Shown here: positions 49,571 through 58,929 of the stretch, piece after piece
Layout of the letters: every line of letters begins with the position of its first letter
Numbering within the stretch: position 1 is the stretch's first letter
Assembly (NCBI GenBank): GCA_038897215.1
Contig: JAWAWX010000001.1
Coordinates: 288,001 to 352,000 of the forward strand
Length of the DNA: 64,000 nt
Source: Acidilobaceae archaeon
Lineage (GTDB): Archaea > Thermoproteota > Thermoprotei_A > Sulfolobales > Acidilobaceae
Direction: 5' to 3'
The notes under the pieces: model-generated
Database searches by the model: none
What the model saw: only the letters and a program-made list of their open reading frames with translations
Told to the model about the DNA's origin: nothing
Made by a program: the position numbers and the translations under genes

Positions 49571-50616
49571 CTCTCTACATGCACCTCTAGCTCTCTCAAG
49601 GAGACCTGCACGCGTTTCCAGCTACCTATATCGGTTGGTAGAGGCATATCTATCGAGTCACCGCGTCTCTTCTTGTCTCTGCCTAGAGCTAAGACGGCTT
49701 TCTCGATATCGAGAAGCACTCCAAGCTCTCTAGCCGAGGAGGGTAGCTTGTAGAGATTGAGCAATCCTTTCACGAAATCAGCCAAACCAGGCTTAGAGAC
49801 TCCCAGCTCTTCGGCTAGCAAGCTCTCGCAGACCATCCCTACCGCTACAGCTCTCCCATGGGGTACTCTGAAATCGCTCCCGGCCTCTATCGCGTGCCCT
49901 ACAGTATGTCCGAAGTTCAAGACGGTCCTTACCCGCTTCTCTTCTCTCTCGTCTTGAGCTACCACTCGCATCTTATTCATAGCCGATCTATATATGACCT
50001 CCTCTAAGACTTCGTGGTCTCTGCTTAGAACTTCTTCGCGCTTCTCAGCGATAAGGTCGCAGAGGTCTCTGTCTAGAGTAACGCAGTACTTGACCACCTC
50101 AGCCATCCCGTTGGAGACCTCGGGCTCGGGTAGAGTCTCCAGGAATCTCGTATCAGACACAACTAGCCTTGGGTGGTAGAAGGTGCCCAGAATGTTCTTG
50201 GCTCCAGCGAAGTTAACACCATTCTTCCCGCCTAGTGCCGCGTCGACCATAGCTAGGAGAGTAGTGGGGACGTTCGCTAGCTTAACCCCCCTCTTGTATA
50301 TCGATGCCGCGAAGCCGACTACGTCTAGAACCGTGCCTCCCCCTACTGCGACTATCCACTGCAGAGCTGGGGGAGCTTTGACCGCTATCTCTCGCAGGAG
50401 CTCGAGAACATTAGATAAGTCTTTCGCCTCCTCGCCATCGCGAATCCTTAGAATCAGAGATGGGTTCTTCAGGTTTTCGAGAACAAGCTCTGGCTCGATG
50501 CTAGCACTGTGCACGACAACCGCTCCCTCCTCTAAGCTCTTCAGCACGCCTAGAGCCCCAAGCCCTACGACTAGCTGTGTCCGCGTGTTACATAAGTCGA
50601 ACTCCGCTGATCTCAA
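49558..50616 (-). CDS. aroB: 3-dehydroquinate synthase (bacterial-type)
   Basis: GGGTVLD, PTTLLAMVDA..GGKNG, LNFGHT.GHAIE, HG.AV, DKK. Confidence 0.96.
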   Translation of the reverse strand: MRSAEFDLCNTRTQLVVGLGALGVLKSLEEGAVVVHSASIEPELVLENLKNPSLILRIRDGEEAKDLSNVLELLREIAVKAPPALQWIVAVGGGTVLDVVGFAASIYKRGVKLANVPTTLLAMVDAALGGKNGVNFAGAKNILGTFYHPRLVVSDTRFLETLPEPEVSNGMAEVVKYCVTLDRDLCDLIAEKREEVLSRDHEVLEEVIYRSAMNKMRVVAQDEREEKRVRTVLNFGHTVGHAIEAGSDFRVPHGRAVAVGMVCESLLAEELGVSKPGLADFVKGLLNLYKLPSSARELGVLLDIEKAVLALGRDKKRRGDSIDMPLPTDIGSWKRVQVSLRELEVHVERCLR

Positions 50617-51608
50617 AGCTCTCTACCCAAGGCTTCAGCAACACGCTTGAGCTTCTCGACAAGCTCCGAGAACTCTCGTAGAGTCAATTGCTGAGCCGCA
50701 TCGCTCAGAGCTTTCTCGGGGCTTGGGTGAACCTCTATTAGCAACATGTCTGCTCCAGCTGCTAGAGCTGCTAGAGCTAGAGGCGGCACTAGCTCCCGTC
50801 TTCCAGCAGGGTGGCTTGGGTCAGCGCAAACGGGCAGATGTGAGAGCTTCTTGGCTGCAGGGATGCTACTCACGTCTAGAGTAAAGCGAGTCTCTTTCTC
50901 GAAGCTCCTCACGCCTCTCTCGCAGAGAACCACTGAGCCGTTGCCCTGTAAGAGGATGTACTCTGCTGAGAGTAGCCACTCCTCGATTGTATTCCCGAAG
51001 CCTCTCTTGAGGAGAACGGGCTTCCTGAGCTTGCCTGCCTCGATGAGGAGAGGGAAGTTTTGCGCGTTTCTAGCCCCTATCTGAATCATATCCACATATC
51101 TGCTCACGAGTTCTAAGTGGCGAGGGTCTACGGCTTCGCTAACCACTGGTAGCCCCGTGGTCTCAGACGCTTTCTTGAGGATCTTGAGCCCCTCCTCTCC
51201 GAGACCTTGGAAAGCGTAGGGGCTTGTTCTCGGCTTGAACGCTCCGCCTCTCAGCATAGACGCTCCAGCCTTCTTCAGCTCTCTAGCAACCTCTAGCATC
51301 TGGTCCTCGCTCTCTACAGCACAGGGGCCCGCCGCGACCACTACTTTCTTACCGCCGATCTTGACGCCGCCTACCTCCACGACTGTTCTCTCACTCTTCC
51401 ACTCGCTACTCGCTAGAGGGTATTGCCTCGAGGTTCTGGCTATCAGCTTTAAGGGGAGGCTTCTGATGCCGTCTAGGACATCGTCGGGCCATATGACTAC
51501 AACTGTCTCTCCATAGAGGTCGACTGTTACGTAGCGAGCTCCTCTAGCTCTAACAGCTTCGAGGAGGAGAGAGAGCTCATCTCTGCTCCTAGCGACAGCC
51601 ACGATCAC
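50613..51608 (-). CDS. aroF: DAHP synthase, type I-beta
   Basis: AGPCAVES, RGGAFKPRTSPY.FQG, QIGARN, LKRG, CERG, DPSH. Confidence 0.95.
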   Translation of the reverse strand: MIVAVARSRDELSLLLEAVRARGARYVTVDLYGETVVVIWPDDVLDGIRSLPLKLIARTSRQYPLASSEWKSERTVVEVGGVKIGGKKVVVAAGPCAVESEDQMLEVARELKKAGASMLRGGAFKPRTSPYAFQGLGEEGLKILKKASETTGLPVVSEAVDPRHLELVSRYVDMIQIGARNAQNFPLLIEAGKLRKPVLLKRGFGNTIEEWLLSAEYILLQGNGSVVLCERGVRSFEKETRFTLDVSSIPAAKKLSHLPVCADPSHPAGRRELVPPLALAALAAGADMLLIEVHPSPEKALSDAAQQLTLREFSELVEKLKRVAEALGREL

Positions 51609-52654
51609 TCCAGAGTCTCACCCCCAATCCTCTCGATCAAGCCTATCAGAGACTTGACTGCCTCCTCTCTAGCTAGGCTAGCGTGGGGGTTGTGCTTCTG
51701 GATCTCCATGATTGTCTTCAAGTTGGCCGTAACCATCTCTAGACTCTCTCTGAGTCTCCTCATGTTTCTCGTCTCGAACCTCTCTATACTCTGCACTTCG
51801 AGCTTCTCAGCTATTCTCGATTGCGTCTCGATAAGCGCTAGCATGAAGAGATGGGGTATGACTTGCATTACAGTCATGGCTTTCTCGTGCTCATCTAGAG
51901 AAGCTATCACCACCTCTAAGCCTAGAGACTCCCAGAAAGCTACCACTTCCGGGAGCGCGTTCAGCCCGCTTGGCGATGGGATCAACACTATCTTCTCACC
52001 GTAGGGGAGCTCGATAGGGTAGAATAGGGGGTGCGTTGATATGTAGCTGAAGCCGTGCTCGAGCGATAGCCTAGAGAGTCTCTCAAAAACGCCGCTCTTC
52101 GCTGAGAGAACATCCATGACGACAGCGTTGCTCACGTGCTCTAGGATAGAGTCGACAAACCCGCTCTCAAAAGCGCTTCTCGAGAGAGCTAGGATTACGT
52201 AGTCGGATTGCTCTACAGACTCTCTCAGCCCCGCGGAGTTGCAGCCCAGCTCTCTAGCCAAGCTTTCCGCCTTGTCTGAGTCTCTGCCGCTAATCGTGAC
52301 TACGTGACCAGCTTCAACCATCAGTCTTCCGAGAGACCTGGCTACACCCCCGTAGCCTATTATCGCGACTCTCCTGGTCTCATGGTATGCCGGTCTTTGA
52401 GCGAGCCTAGAGTATTTGATGAGGAGCTCCGCCACGCTTCTAGCTAGGTCCTCCGGTACGCCTCTAGCTCTAGCTCTCTCCACCCACGCGTCTAGAACCG
52501 CTCGCTCTCTTGCTGGATCGCGGATCTCCAAGCCGAGACTGGCTTTGACTCTGGCTAGCTTCTTGACTATCTCCATCCTCTTCCTGATAAGCTCTAGGAT
52601 CTCGCTATCTACCTTCTCTATCTCGGCTCTAAAATCCTCGACCTCGCTTAGCAC
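51605..52654 (-). CDS. tyrA: Chorismate mutase (AroQ) - prephenate dehydrogenase fusion
   Basis: R.EI..VD..I..L...R..K..IRDP.RE (AroQ), then IIGYGG, DVLSAK, STHPLF, EHEK....Q..PH. Confidence 0.88.
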   Translation of the reverse strand: MLSEVEDFRAEIEKVDSEILELIRKRMEIVKKLARVKASLGLEIRDPARERAVLDAWVERARARGVPEDLARSVAELLIKYSRLAQRPAYHETRRVAIIGYGGVARSLGRLMVEAGHVVTISGRDSDKAESLARELGCNSAGLRESVEQSDYVILALSRSAFESGFVDSILEHVSNAVVMDVLSAKSGVFERLSRLSLEHGFSYISTHPLFYPIELPYGEKIVLIPSPSGLNALPEVVAFWESLGLEVVIASLDEHEKAMTVMQVIPHLFMLALIETQSRIAEKLEVQSIERFETRNMRRLRESLEMVTANLKTIMEIQKHNPHASLAREEAVKSLIGLIERIGGETLE

Positions 52655-53594
52655 GCTCCACCACTCTCTCTATAGCTTGAACCAGGCTCCTGACCCCTAG
52701 CCCGTAGTGCTCCAGCAAGTCCTCGGGAGACCTGGCAGACCTCCCGAGAGACCGTGTGCCCACGATCTCCACGGGTGCAGGGTATCTTTCAGCTAGAGTC
52801 TCCGCTATCGCTGAGCCTAGCCCTCCGTGAACACTGTGCTCTTCTACGGTTACAACGGCTCCAGTCTTTCTAGCTAATTTGAGCAAGAGTTCTTCATCGA
52901 GAGGCTTCACTGTATGCATGTTTACTACCGCTACGCTAAGCCCCTTAACTCGCTTGAGCTCCTCTGCTGCTTTTAGCGCGTTCCACAACACTGTCCCGGC
53001 TCCTACTACGACTACGTCCTCTCCGTCTCTGAGAATCTCTGCTCTACCTACTACGAAGTCTTCGCTGTAGTCGCAGGTTATGGGGGGAGAGTAGTCTCTC
53101 CCGACTCTGTAGTACGCTGGCCCCTTAACGCTCTCAACTACCTTAGGCAAGCTTCTCGAGACCTGGCAGGCGTCAGCTGGAACGACTACAGTCATGCCCG
53201 GCAAGACTCTCATGAGAGCTATGTCTTCGAGAGCCTGATGGCTCGAGCCGTCGGTGCTATCACTGAACCCTGCGTGTGTTCCTACGAGTTTAACGCCTAG
53301 ATTCATGCGGACCACAGTGTTCCTGATCTGCTCCCAGGCTCTCATCAAGAACATGGCGAAAGCCACGACTACAGGCTTCATCCCCAGAGCTGCTAGACCT
53401 GCAGCAAAGCTTACTGCATGCTGCTCCGATATCCCTACATTGAAGTATCTCTCAGGGTATCTCTCGAAGAATCTCACTGCTCTCGTCGCCTCCCCCACGT
53501 CCGCCGTGACTACGACAACGTCTCCGTCTATCTCTCCCAAGTCTGCCAGAGCTCTCCCCAGAGCTTCACGCATTGAGTAAAGCCTCTCTGACAA
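52629..53594 (-). CDS. Transketolase C-terminal subunit
   Basis: NVGISEQ, RAWEQIR, DGSSHQ, TVKPLD, EEHS..GGLG. Confidence 0.93.
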   Translation of the reverse strand: MSERLYSMREALGRALADLGEIDGDVVVVTADVGEATRAVRFFERYPERYFNVGISEQHAVSFAAGLAALGMKPVVVAFAMFLMRAWEQIRNTVVRMNLGVKLVGTHAGFSDSTDGSSHQALEDIALMRVLPGMTVVVPADACQVSRSLPKVVESVKGPAYYRVGRDYSPPITCDYSEDFVVGRAEILRDGEDVVVVGAGTVLWNALKAAEELKRVKGLSVAVVNMHTVKPLDEELLLKLARKTGAVVTVEEHSVHGGLGSAIAETLAERYPAPVEIVGTRSLGRSARSPEDLLEHYGLGVRSLVQAIERVVERAKRGRGF

Positions 53595-54372
53595 CGTCTA
53601 CACCCGGTCTCTGGATACTCTTGCCTTCGAGAAGAGGGACTCCCTTCATTCTAGTCGTGTAAGCGAATATCACTGAAGGCGTTTCCGATTGTAGCGCTCT
53701 ACTCAAAGCTTTATCTATGCTCCTCACATCGTGACCATCGCAGACCAGAACGTTCCAGCCCACAGCTCTCCAGACTAGAGGCATGTAGTGCTTGGGTTTC
53801 ACGCCATCGGTAGGCCCGTCGAGCTGATAGCCGTTATTGTCTATGACTACCACCAGGTTGTCTAGTCTTCTGTAAGCAGCGTGACTCATAGCCTCCCACA
53901 CTTCTCCCTCGTCTTGCTCTCCGTCGCCCATGACCACGAAGACTCTACCTCTTCCACCCCTCATCTTTATGGCTGTTGCCAGACCTACAGCAAAGCTGAA
54001 TCCAGAAGCTAGGCTTCCCGTAGATGCATCAACACCAGGTATCGTGATCTCCGGGTGCCCTTGGAGTACGCCATTGATATCGTGCATCTTGTAGAGCTCT
54101 TCTCGAGGGATTAGCCCCTGCTCGGCTAGCGCTACGTAGAGAGCTGGAGCAGCGTGACCTTTACTGAGTACTAGCCTATCGCGGTCTAGGCTACCCCCGT
54201 CTCTCCTCATGTACTTGAAGATTATCACTGTGAGTATCTCGATAACGCTGAGAGAAGAGCCTAGATGAATCGCCTGGTCTCTAAGGTATAGCTCGAGAAG
54301 CCTTCTCCTGATTCTCTTAGCTACTAGCTCGAGAAGCTTGGGGTCCGCTAGAGAGCTAGATATTGGCGGAAT
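53566..54372 (-). CDS. Transketolase N-terminal (TPP-binding) subunit, non-canonical start
   Basis: LSKGH, QGHP, STGSL, GDGE..EG. The conserved IHLGSSLSVIEIL segment lies in frame upstream of the ORF-track GTG 54228. The only in-frame start candidates are ATA 54363, ATT 54372 and CTG 54384. Confidence 0.88.
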   Translation of the reverse strand: MPPISSSLADPKLLELVAKRIRRRLLELYLRDQAIHLGSSLSVIEILTVIIFKYMRRDGGSLDRDRLVLSKGHAAPALYVALAEQGLIPREELYKMHDINGVLQGHPEITIPGVDASTGSLASGFSFAVGLATAIKMRGGRGRVFVVMGDGEQDEGEVWEAMSHAAYRRLDNLVVVIDNNGYQLDGPTDGVKPKHYMPLVWRAVGWNVLVCDGHDVRSIDKALSRALQSETPSVIFAYTTRMKGVPLLEGKSIQRPGVDVVREALLNA

Positions 54373-54703
54373 TCCATCCCCCAGACCCTCTATAGTGGGA
54401 GCACTTCAGCCTGCAGGTTAAATACTTTAATGGTTTCAGCGGACGTGCCGACTCTCTGACTACTCGTTTTCGAGCTTTCCCGGTCTCTCCGAGAGGCTTT
54501 GCTGAAATCGTGATAGAGGAGGGTTTATAGTGCCCTCTGACTCTCGTACAGCTCGCTGGCACACAGTCTATCGTCTCTCATCAAAGCCCTCTTGGGCGAA
54601 GGCTTGCGCGTAGGTCGAGTTCTCGAGAAACCCGTTTGCCGTGAGCTCTTTGCAGAGAAGATGGTCACGCCTTCTCTGAAGCGCGAGCATACTCTTCGGT
54701 CTC

Positions 54704-56119
54704 TCAGCCAGGTGCCTCTACGCCTTCTCTCCTGAGTATGCTCCTAGCCGCTATGACTCCCGTTGCTGCCGCTATATTCATGCCTCTAGAGAGCCCTGTG
54801 CCGTCTCCGGCTGCGAAGACGTTCTCTAGCGTTGTCTCTAGCTCTCTCGTCACCTTTGCTCTGACGCTGTAGAACTTTATCTCGGGAGCGTAGAGCAGAG
54901 TCTGTGGCGAAGCGAGACCGGGGATGATCTCGTCTAGTCTCTCTATAGCCTCCACTATATTGGCGACTACTCTATAGGGGTAGCCCATAGCTATATCGCC
55001 TGGAGTAACGGACTTGAGTGTAGGCTCGACCACGCTCCTCTCTATCCTAGCCCACGTGCTCCTCCTGCCCGCCACCAGGTCGCCGAATCTCTGCACTATT
55101 GGCTTTCCGCCCCCAAGCTTAGTCATTAGTCTCGATAAGCTCTTACCGTAGGCTATAGTGTCTTCGAGGGGGTCCGTGAGCCTTACTGTGACTAGTAGAG
55201 CGAAGTTCGTGTTCCTCGACTTGAGCGTAGCGAACTCCTCTCCGTTCACTCCCACAGTATCGTCTGGATAGCGCTCCTCTACTACGAACCCGTTGGGGTT
55301 AGTGCAGAAAGTCCTGACCTTGTCGTCGTAAGACCTGGTGTAGAGAACTATCTTGGGGTCTCTGAAGATCTTGGTTATAGGCTCCATCACGTACGATGGA
55401 ACCTCTACTCTAACCCCTATGTCTAGAGGGCCCGGCTCGACAGCTATCCCTCTTCTCCTGGCCAGCTCGGAGAACCACTCTGCTCCCACACGTCCGGGAG
55501 CGAGTATAACGTACCTAGCCTGGACCTCTCCTCTACTCGTCTTGATTCTATATGCTCCATTAAGCTTCTCGATGTCGACTGCTTGAGTGTACTCGTAGAT
55601 AGTGACTCCTCTGGCTTTGACGAACTCGAGCATATTAGCTACTACCTTCGGCATGATGTCAGAGCCTATGTGTCTCTGAGGAGTGGGGATGAACTTAGCG
55701 CCCGCTTTTGCTGCTAGTCTCTCGAGCTCTAGAGAGGCCTCCTTGGAGGGCGATATTATGTTGTTTGGAGCTCCGAAGAATGCCAGGACTTCATCTACAT
55801 ACCTAACTAACCCCTCGGCCTCCTCCCAGCTACCGACTAGCTTGTCTAGGTCTCCGCCCACGTCGGGTCTTAGGTTTAGAGCCCCACTACTCAGAGTCGC
55901 CGCGCCGCCTACTCCAGCCATTATGTTGCACGGCTTGCAGTTAGCGCACTCTCTATCTCTCGATAGCTTTCTCGGATTAAACATAGGGCAGAATCTGAGA
56001 GGGTTACCGCTACCCATCTCTATGACTGCTACTCTAAGCCTCCCATTAGACCATCTCGCTATCTCGTAGGATGCGAAGAGTCCGGCTATGCCTCCCCCGA
56101 TTACTGCAACATCGTACAC
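54704..56119 (-). CDS. Uncharacterised FAD-dependent oxidoreductase (COG2509-like) with N-terminal Cys motif
   Basis: IGGGIAG, CP..C..C.PC, GVGGA, IGVRVE, VRTFC.NP.G, AGDG.G.SRG; directly downstream of purA. Confidence 0.85.
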   Translation of the reverse strand: MYDVAVIGGGIAGLFASYEIARWSNGRLRVAVIEMGSGNPLRFCPMFNPRKLSRDRECANCKPCNIMAGVGGAATLSSGALNLRPDVGGDLDKLVGSWEEAEGLVRYVDEVLAFFGAPNNIISPSKEASLELERLAAKAGAKFIPTPQRHIGSDIMPKVVANMLEFVKARGVTIYEYTQAVDIEKLNGAYRIKTSRGEVQARYVILAPGRVGAEWFSELARRRGIAVEPGPLDIGVRVEVPSYVMEPITKIFRDPKIVLYTRSYDDKVRTFCTNPNGFVVEERYPDDTVGVNGEEFATLKSRNTNFALLVTVRLTDPLEDTIAYGKSLSRLMTKLGGGKPIVQRFGDLVAGRRSTWARIERSVVEPTLKSVTPGDIAMGYPYRVVANIVEAIERLDEIIPGLASPQTLLYAPEIKFYSVRAKVTRELETTLENVFAAGDGTGLSRGMNIAAATGVIAARSILRREGVEAPG

Positions 56120-56125
56120 ATCGAG

Positions 56126-57145
56126 TCACCCGAGGAGCCCCGTGTCTCTCCTCCGGTCTACTACGCACTCCACACTCTCCCCAGTCCCTAGTAGAGTAAC
56201 GGGGGTCCTCAAGGCGTTCTCTATGCTCTCAACCCACTCTCTAGCTCCTCTAGGCAGAGACTCCCACCTCCTAGCGCATCTAGCATCGGGGAATAGCGCG
56301 TCCAGCTTGGTGATAGCGATCTGTGTGGGAGAGTTTAGCATTACTGCTCTCTGCGCTAGCTTCAGGTTGAATAAGGCGACTCTCCTCCTCCTTCCAGTCA
56401 CAGAGCCGTACTCTACTAGACCGAGCTTCTCCGCGTCTTCTGGAGAGAGCTCTCCCTCTAAAGGACCGCCTCCTACTCGAGTCACGTACGACTTGAATAC
56501 CAGAATGACGTCTGTGACTCTAGTAGGCCCTACCCCCACTTCTGATAGCACTGCTGAGGCAGTAGTGTCTCTGCTCGTGACGTACGGGTATGTTCCGTGA
56601 TATAGGCTCAGGAAAGCTCCCTGAGTCCCCTCGACTAGAACGAGTTCTCCACGGTCTAGAGCTTCGTTAACAAGTAGAGGCACATCGCTCACATATGGAG
56701 AGAGCTCTGGGAAGTCTTTAGCCAGTCTAAGCCTTCGCAGAACCCTATCAGACATAGCGTACCCTACTCCCTGAAGAGTCGACCCTATAGCTCCAGCTAG
56801 CTCAGAGTCTCTCTTCTCGAGCTCGACATGCTTCTCCTCTATAACGCCTGTATTCATATCAACAAACATCCTATCCCTAACGCCAGTCTCTTCGACCTCC
56901 TTCAAGAACACATCGAGCCTGATCAGAGCACCGGGGGCCACAGCTAGAACCACCTTCTTGTTGATGAAGCTCGAGGGAACTACACGAAGTCTCCAAGTCC
57001 TCCCCTCGAAGACGACAGTATGGCCGGCGTTAACGGCTCCTGTTCTCACAGCTATAGCCGGGTTGTCTACGAGCCCTAGATACGCTGCTATCTTACCCTT
57101 ACCTTCGTCTCCGAAAAAGCCCCCGACGACTACTACTAGAGCCGT
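56126..57145 (-). CDS. purA: Adenylosuccinate synthetase (short archaeal form)
   Basis: GDEGKGK, NAGHTV, EGTQG, YPYVTS, YVTRVG.GP, VTGRRR, TKLD. Probable start is ACG 57145 after a GGAGGTGA Shine-Dalgarno; GTG 57169 is the alternative. Confidence 0.95.
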   Translation of the reverse strand, partial: TALVVVVGGFFGDEGKGKIAAYLGLVDNPAIAVRTGAVNAGHTVVFEGRTWRLRVVPSSFINKKVVLAVAPGALIRLDVFLKEVEETGVRDRMFVDMNTGVIEEKHVELEKRDSELAGAIGSTLQGVGYAMSDRVLRRLRLAKDFPELSPYVSDVPLLVNEALDRGELVLVEGTQGAFLSLYHGTYPYVTSRDTTASAVLSEVGVGPTRVTDVILVFKSYVTRVGGGPLEGELSPEDAEKLGLVEYGSVTGRRRRVALFNLKLAQRAVMLNSPTQIAITKLDALFPDARCARRWESLPRGAREWVESIENALRTPVTLLGTGESVECVVDRRRDTGLLG

Positions 57146-57380
57146 GCCTCCATCACCTCCAGGAAGCACTGCGTTAGAGCGCTAGAGAGACCATGCTTCT
57201 CGAGAATACTCGGTGTCAAGTAGGTTCCTTGAGTTGACTATAGCGCTTCTAGAGTTAATATGTACTCGGCAGAGCCTAGTTATCGTGGTCAAGCAGAGAT
57301 AGCGTCTATACCCGTAGCACTCTTGCGGTAACTCCGAGATATCTCGAGGAGCTTTAGACTACTGTGTAAAGACGTTTTGC

Positions 57381-57516
57381 GCTAATTTTTTAAATTTCTT
57401 TATAACTATAAAGATTATCCGATAACGATATGGAGACACAACGACTATAGCATACTTGTAGTTATTGCCTGGCTCTCGGCAATAGTCTAAGCCTACATTC
57501 GGCTAGAATTTTTTAA
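57381..57516. promoter_or_regulatory. AT-rich regulatory region upstream of the nuo operon with several inverted repeats
   Basis: TCTTTATA-AC-TATAAAGA (57397-57414), TTATC-C-GATAA (57415-57425), TATTGCC-N8-GGCAATA (57463-57484), and two AATTTTTTAA boxes. Confidence 0.5.
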
Positions 57517-57527
57517 GTGGGTCTTTA

Positions 57528-57941
57528 GTGGTATCCCTTTCTCGGAGACTGCTTGTGACGAGTTTTCTAGAGTTGCTATCGAGAGACGTGGTCTCTCTCG
57601 TAGTAGCCCCCCTCATGCTCACAGCCTTCTTGGGAGCTCTCGTGCTCGCGTTAGCGCTCCTCTCGAGGAGGCCGGGGAGCTCTCTAGTCTCAGCTGAGAG
57701 GTACGAGGCAGGTAATCCTCCATGGGGCTCTGCTAGAAGGCCTCTCGAGATGCAGTACGTAGCCTACCTGGTGCTCTTCGCTACCATCGAGCCGGTCTTG
57801 GTCGTAACGGGCTTTCTAGCGCTTGCTGGACTCATTGCCGCTCCTCTCTTCATCGCCTTCCTACTCCTTCTCTCGATACCAGTCTTAGTGTATGGAGCCT
57901 ACGAGGCTAGAAGAGTCTCTGTGGAGGTTGCTCAGCAGTGA
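57528..57941 (+). CDS. nuoA: Complex I-like subunit A
   Basis: Three TM segments, RYEAGNPP, LVLFATIE. Confidence 0.88.
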   Translation: MVSLSRRLLVTSFLELLSRDVVSLVVAPLMLTAFLGALVLALALLSRRPGSSLVSAERYEAGNPPWGSARRPLEMQYVAYLVLFATIEPVLVVTGFLALAGLIAAPLFIAFLLLLSIPVLVYGAYEARRVSVEVAQQ

Positions 57942-58489
57942 TCTACGTTGGAGTTCTTGAAGCAGCTTATCGGAGAGCTCTCGAGATCCTCTCCGGCAAG
58001 CTGAGAATCGGCCAGGTAGCCGACTGGTTCACAGCCTACAGTCTCTGGCCAGTGCACCTGGTTACGGGCTGTTGTGGAGCCGAGTTCGCTGCAGCCTACG
58101 GCCCTCTGGTTGACTGCGAGCAGTACGGCTCCCTGCCCTGGGTGTCCCCCAGGCAGACTAACTTGATAGTGATAGAGGGGACTGTCACCAGGAAGATGGC
58201 GTGCGCACTCAAGATCACATACGAGCAGATGCCCCCGCCTAAGTACGTGATAGCCATGGGGGCGTGCGCTATAGACTACGGGGTCTTCAGAGGCAGCTAC
58301 AACATGGTGAAGCCCTGGGAGGTAGTCCCCGTAGACATCTTCGTGCCAGGATGCCCGCCTACGCCCGAAGCTCTCGCTAGAGCCATAGTGGAGCTACAGA
58401 GGAAGATAAAGAGGGGGGAGGTCGCGGCGAAGACGGGAGCGCTACTGAGTGAAGCTAAGGCAGACCCGTGCAGATGGTGGTCTCCCTGA
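57938..58489 (+). CDS. nuoB: Complex I-like subunit B (N2 cluster)
   Basis: GCCGAE, SPRQ, PKYVIAMGAC, PGCPP.PE. Confidence 0.95.
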   Translation: MIYVGVLEAAYRRALEILSGKLRIGQVADWFTAYSLWPVHLVTGCCGAEFAAAYGPLVDCEQYGSLPWVSPRQTNLIVIEGTVTRKMACALKITYEQMPPPKYVIAMGACAIDYGVFRGSYNMVKPWEVVPVDIFVPGCPPTPEALARAIVELQRKIKRGEVAAKTGALLSEAKADPCRWWSP

Positions 58490-58929
58490 GCGAGCGCGCG
58501 AGGATAGTCGAGGAAGCTCTGAAGAGAGCCGGGCTTAGAGTAGCGAGGCACGTAGGCGTGCTGGAGGTCGAGGTCGACAAGAGCAGGATCGTCGAGGCGG
58601 CTCTCGCGCTCAGAGAGCTAGGGTTCGACCACGTTAAGGCAGTAGTGGCTGTCGACGAGCCTGAGAACGAGAGGATCAGAGTCTCCTACGTGGTCTCCAG
58701 CTTCGACGAGAGCGAGACGCTCGTGGCTCTAACCGTAGACGTCTCTCGCAGCGACCCCCGCCTCGAGAGCCTTACTCGAGTCTGGCCGAGCACGGAGCTC
58801 CAGGAGAGAGAGGTTTACGAGCTCTTCGGAGTCGTCTTCGAGAACCACCCAGACCTCAGGCCTGTACTCCTAGACCCCGAGCTGGCTGAGAAGAAGGTGA
58901 TGAGGAGGGACTTCAGGATTGAGTGGTGA
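58474..58929 (+). CDS. nuoC: Complex I-like subunit C
   Basis: LGFDH, QEREVYELFGV.F..HPDLR; start set at ATG 58474. Confidence 0.92.
   Translation: MVVSLSERARIVEEALKRAGLRVARHVGVLEVEVDKSRIVEAALALRELGFDHVKAVVAVDEPENERIRVSYVVSSFDESETLVALTVDVSRSDPRLESLTRVWPSTELQEREVYELFGVVFENHPDLRPVLLDPELAEKKVMRRDFRIEW

Noticed and set aside
54535-54690. Possible sixth C/D sRNA (TTGATGA...CAGA, minus strand) or a 40-aa ORF
   Set aside because: No convincing D'/C' boxes or terminal stem; the ORF has no recognisable features
57136-57153. Out-of-frame mini-ORF MEARL* at the purA start
   Set aside because: Its ATG is part of the GGAGGTGATG Shine-Dalgarno, too close for initiation
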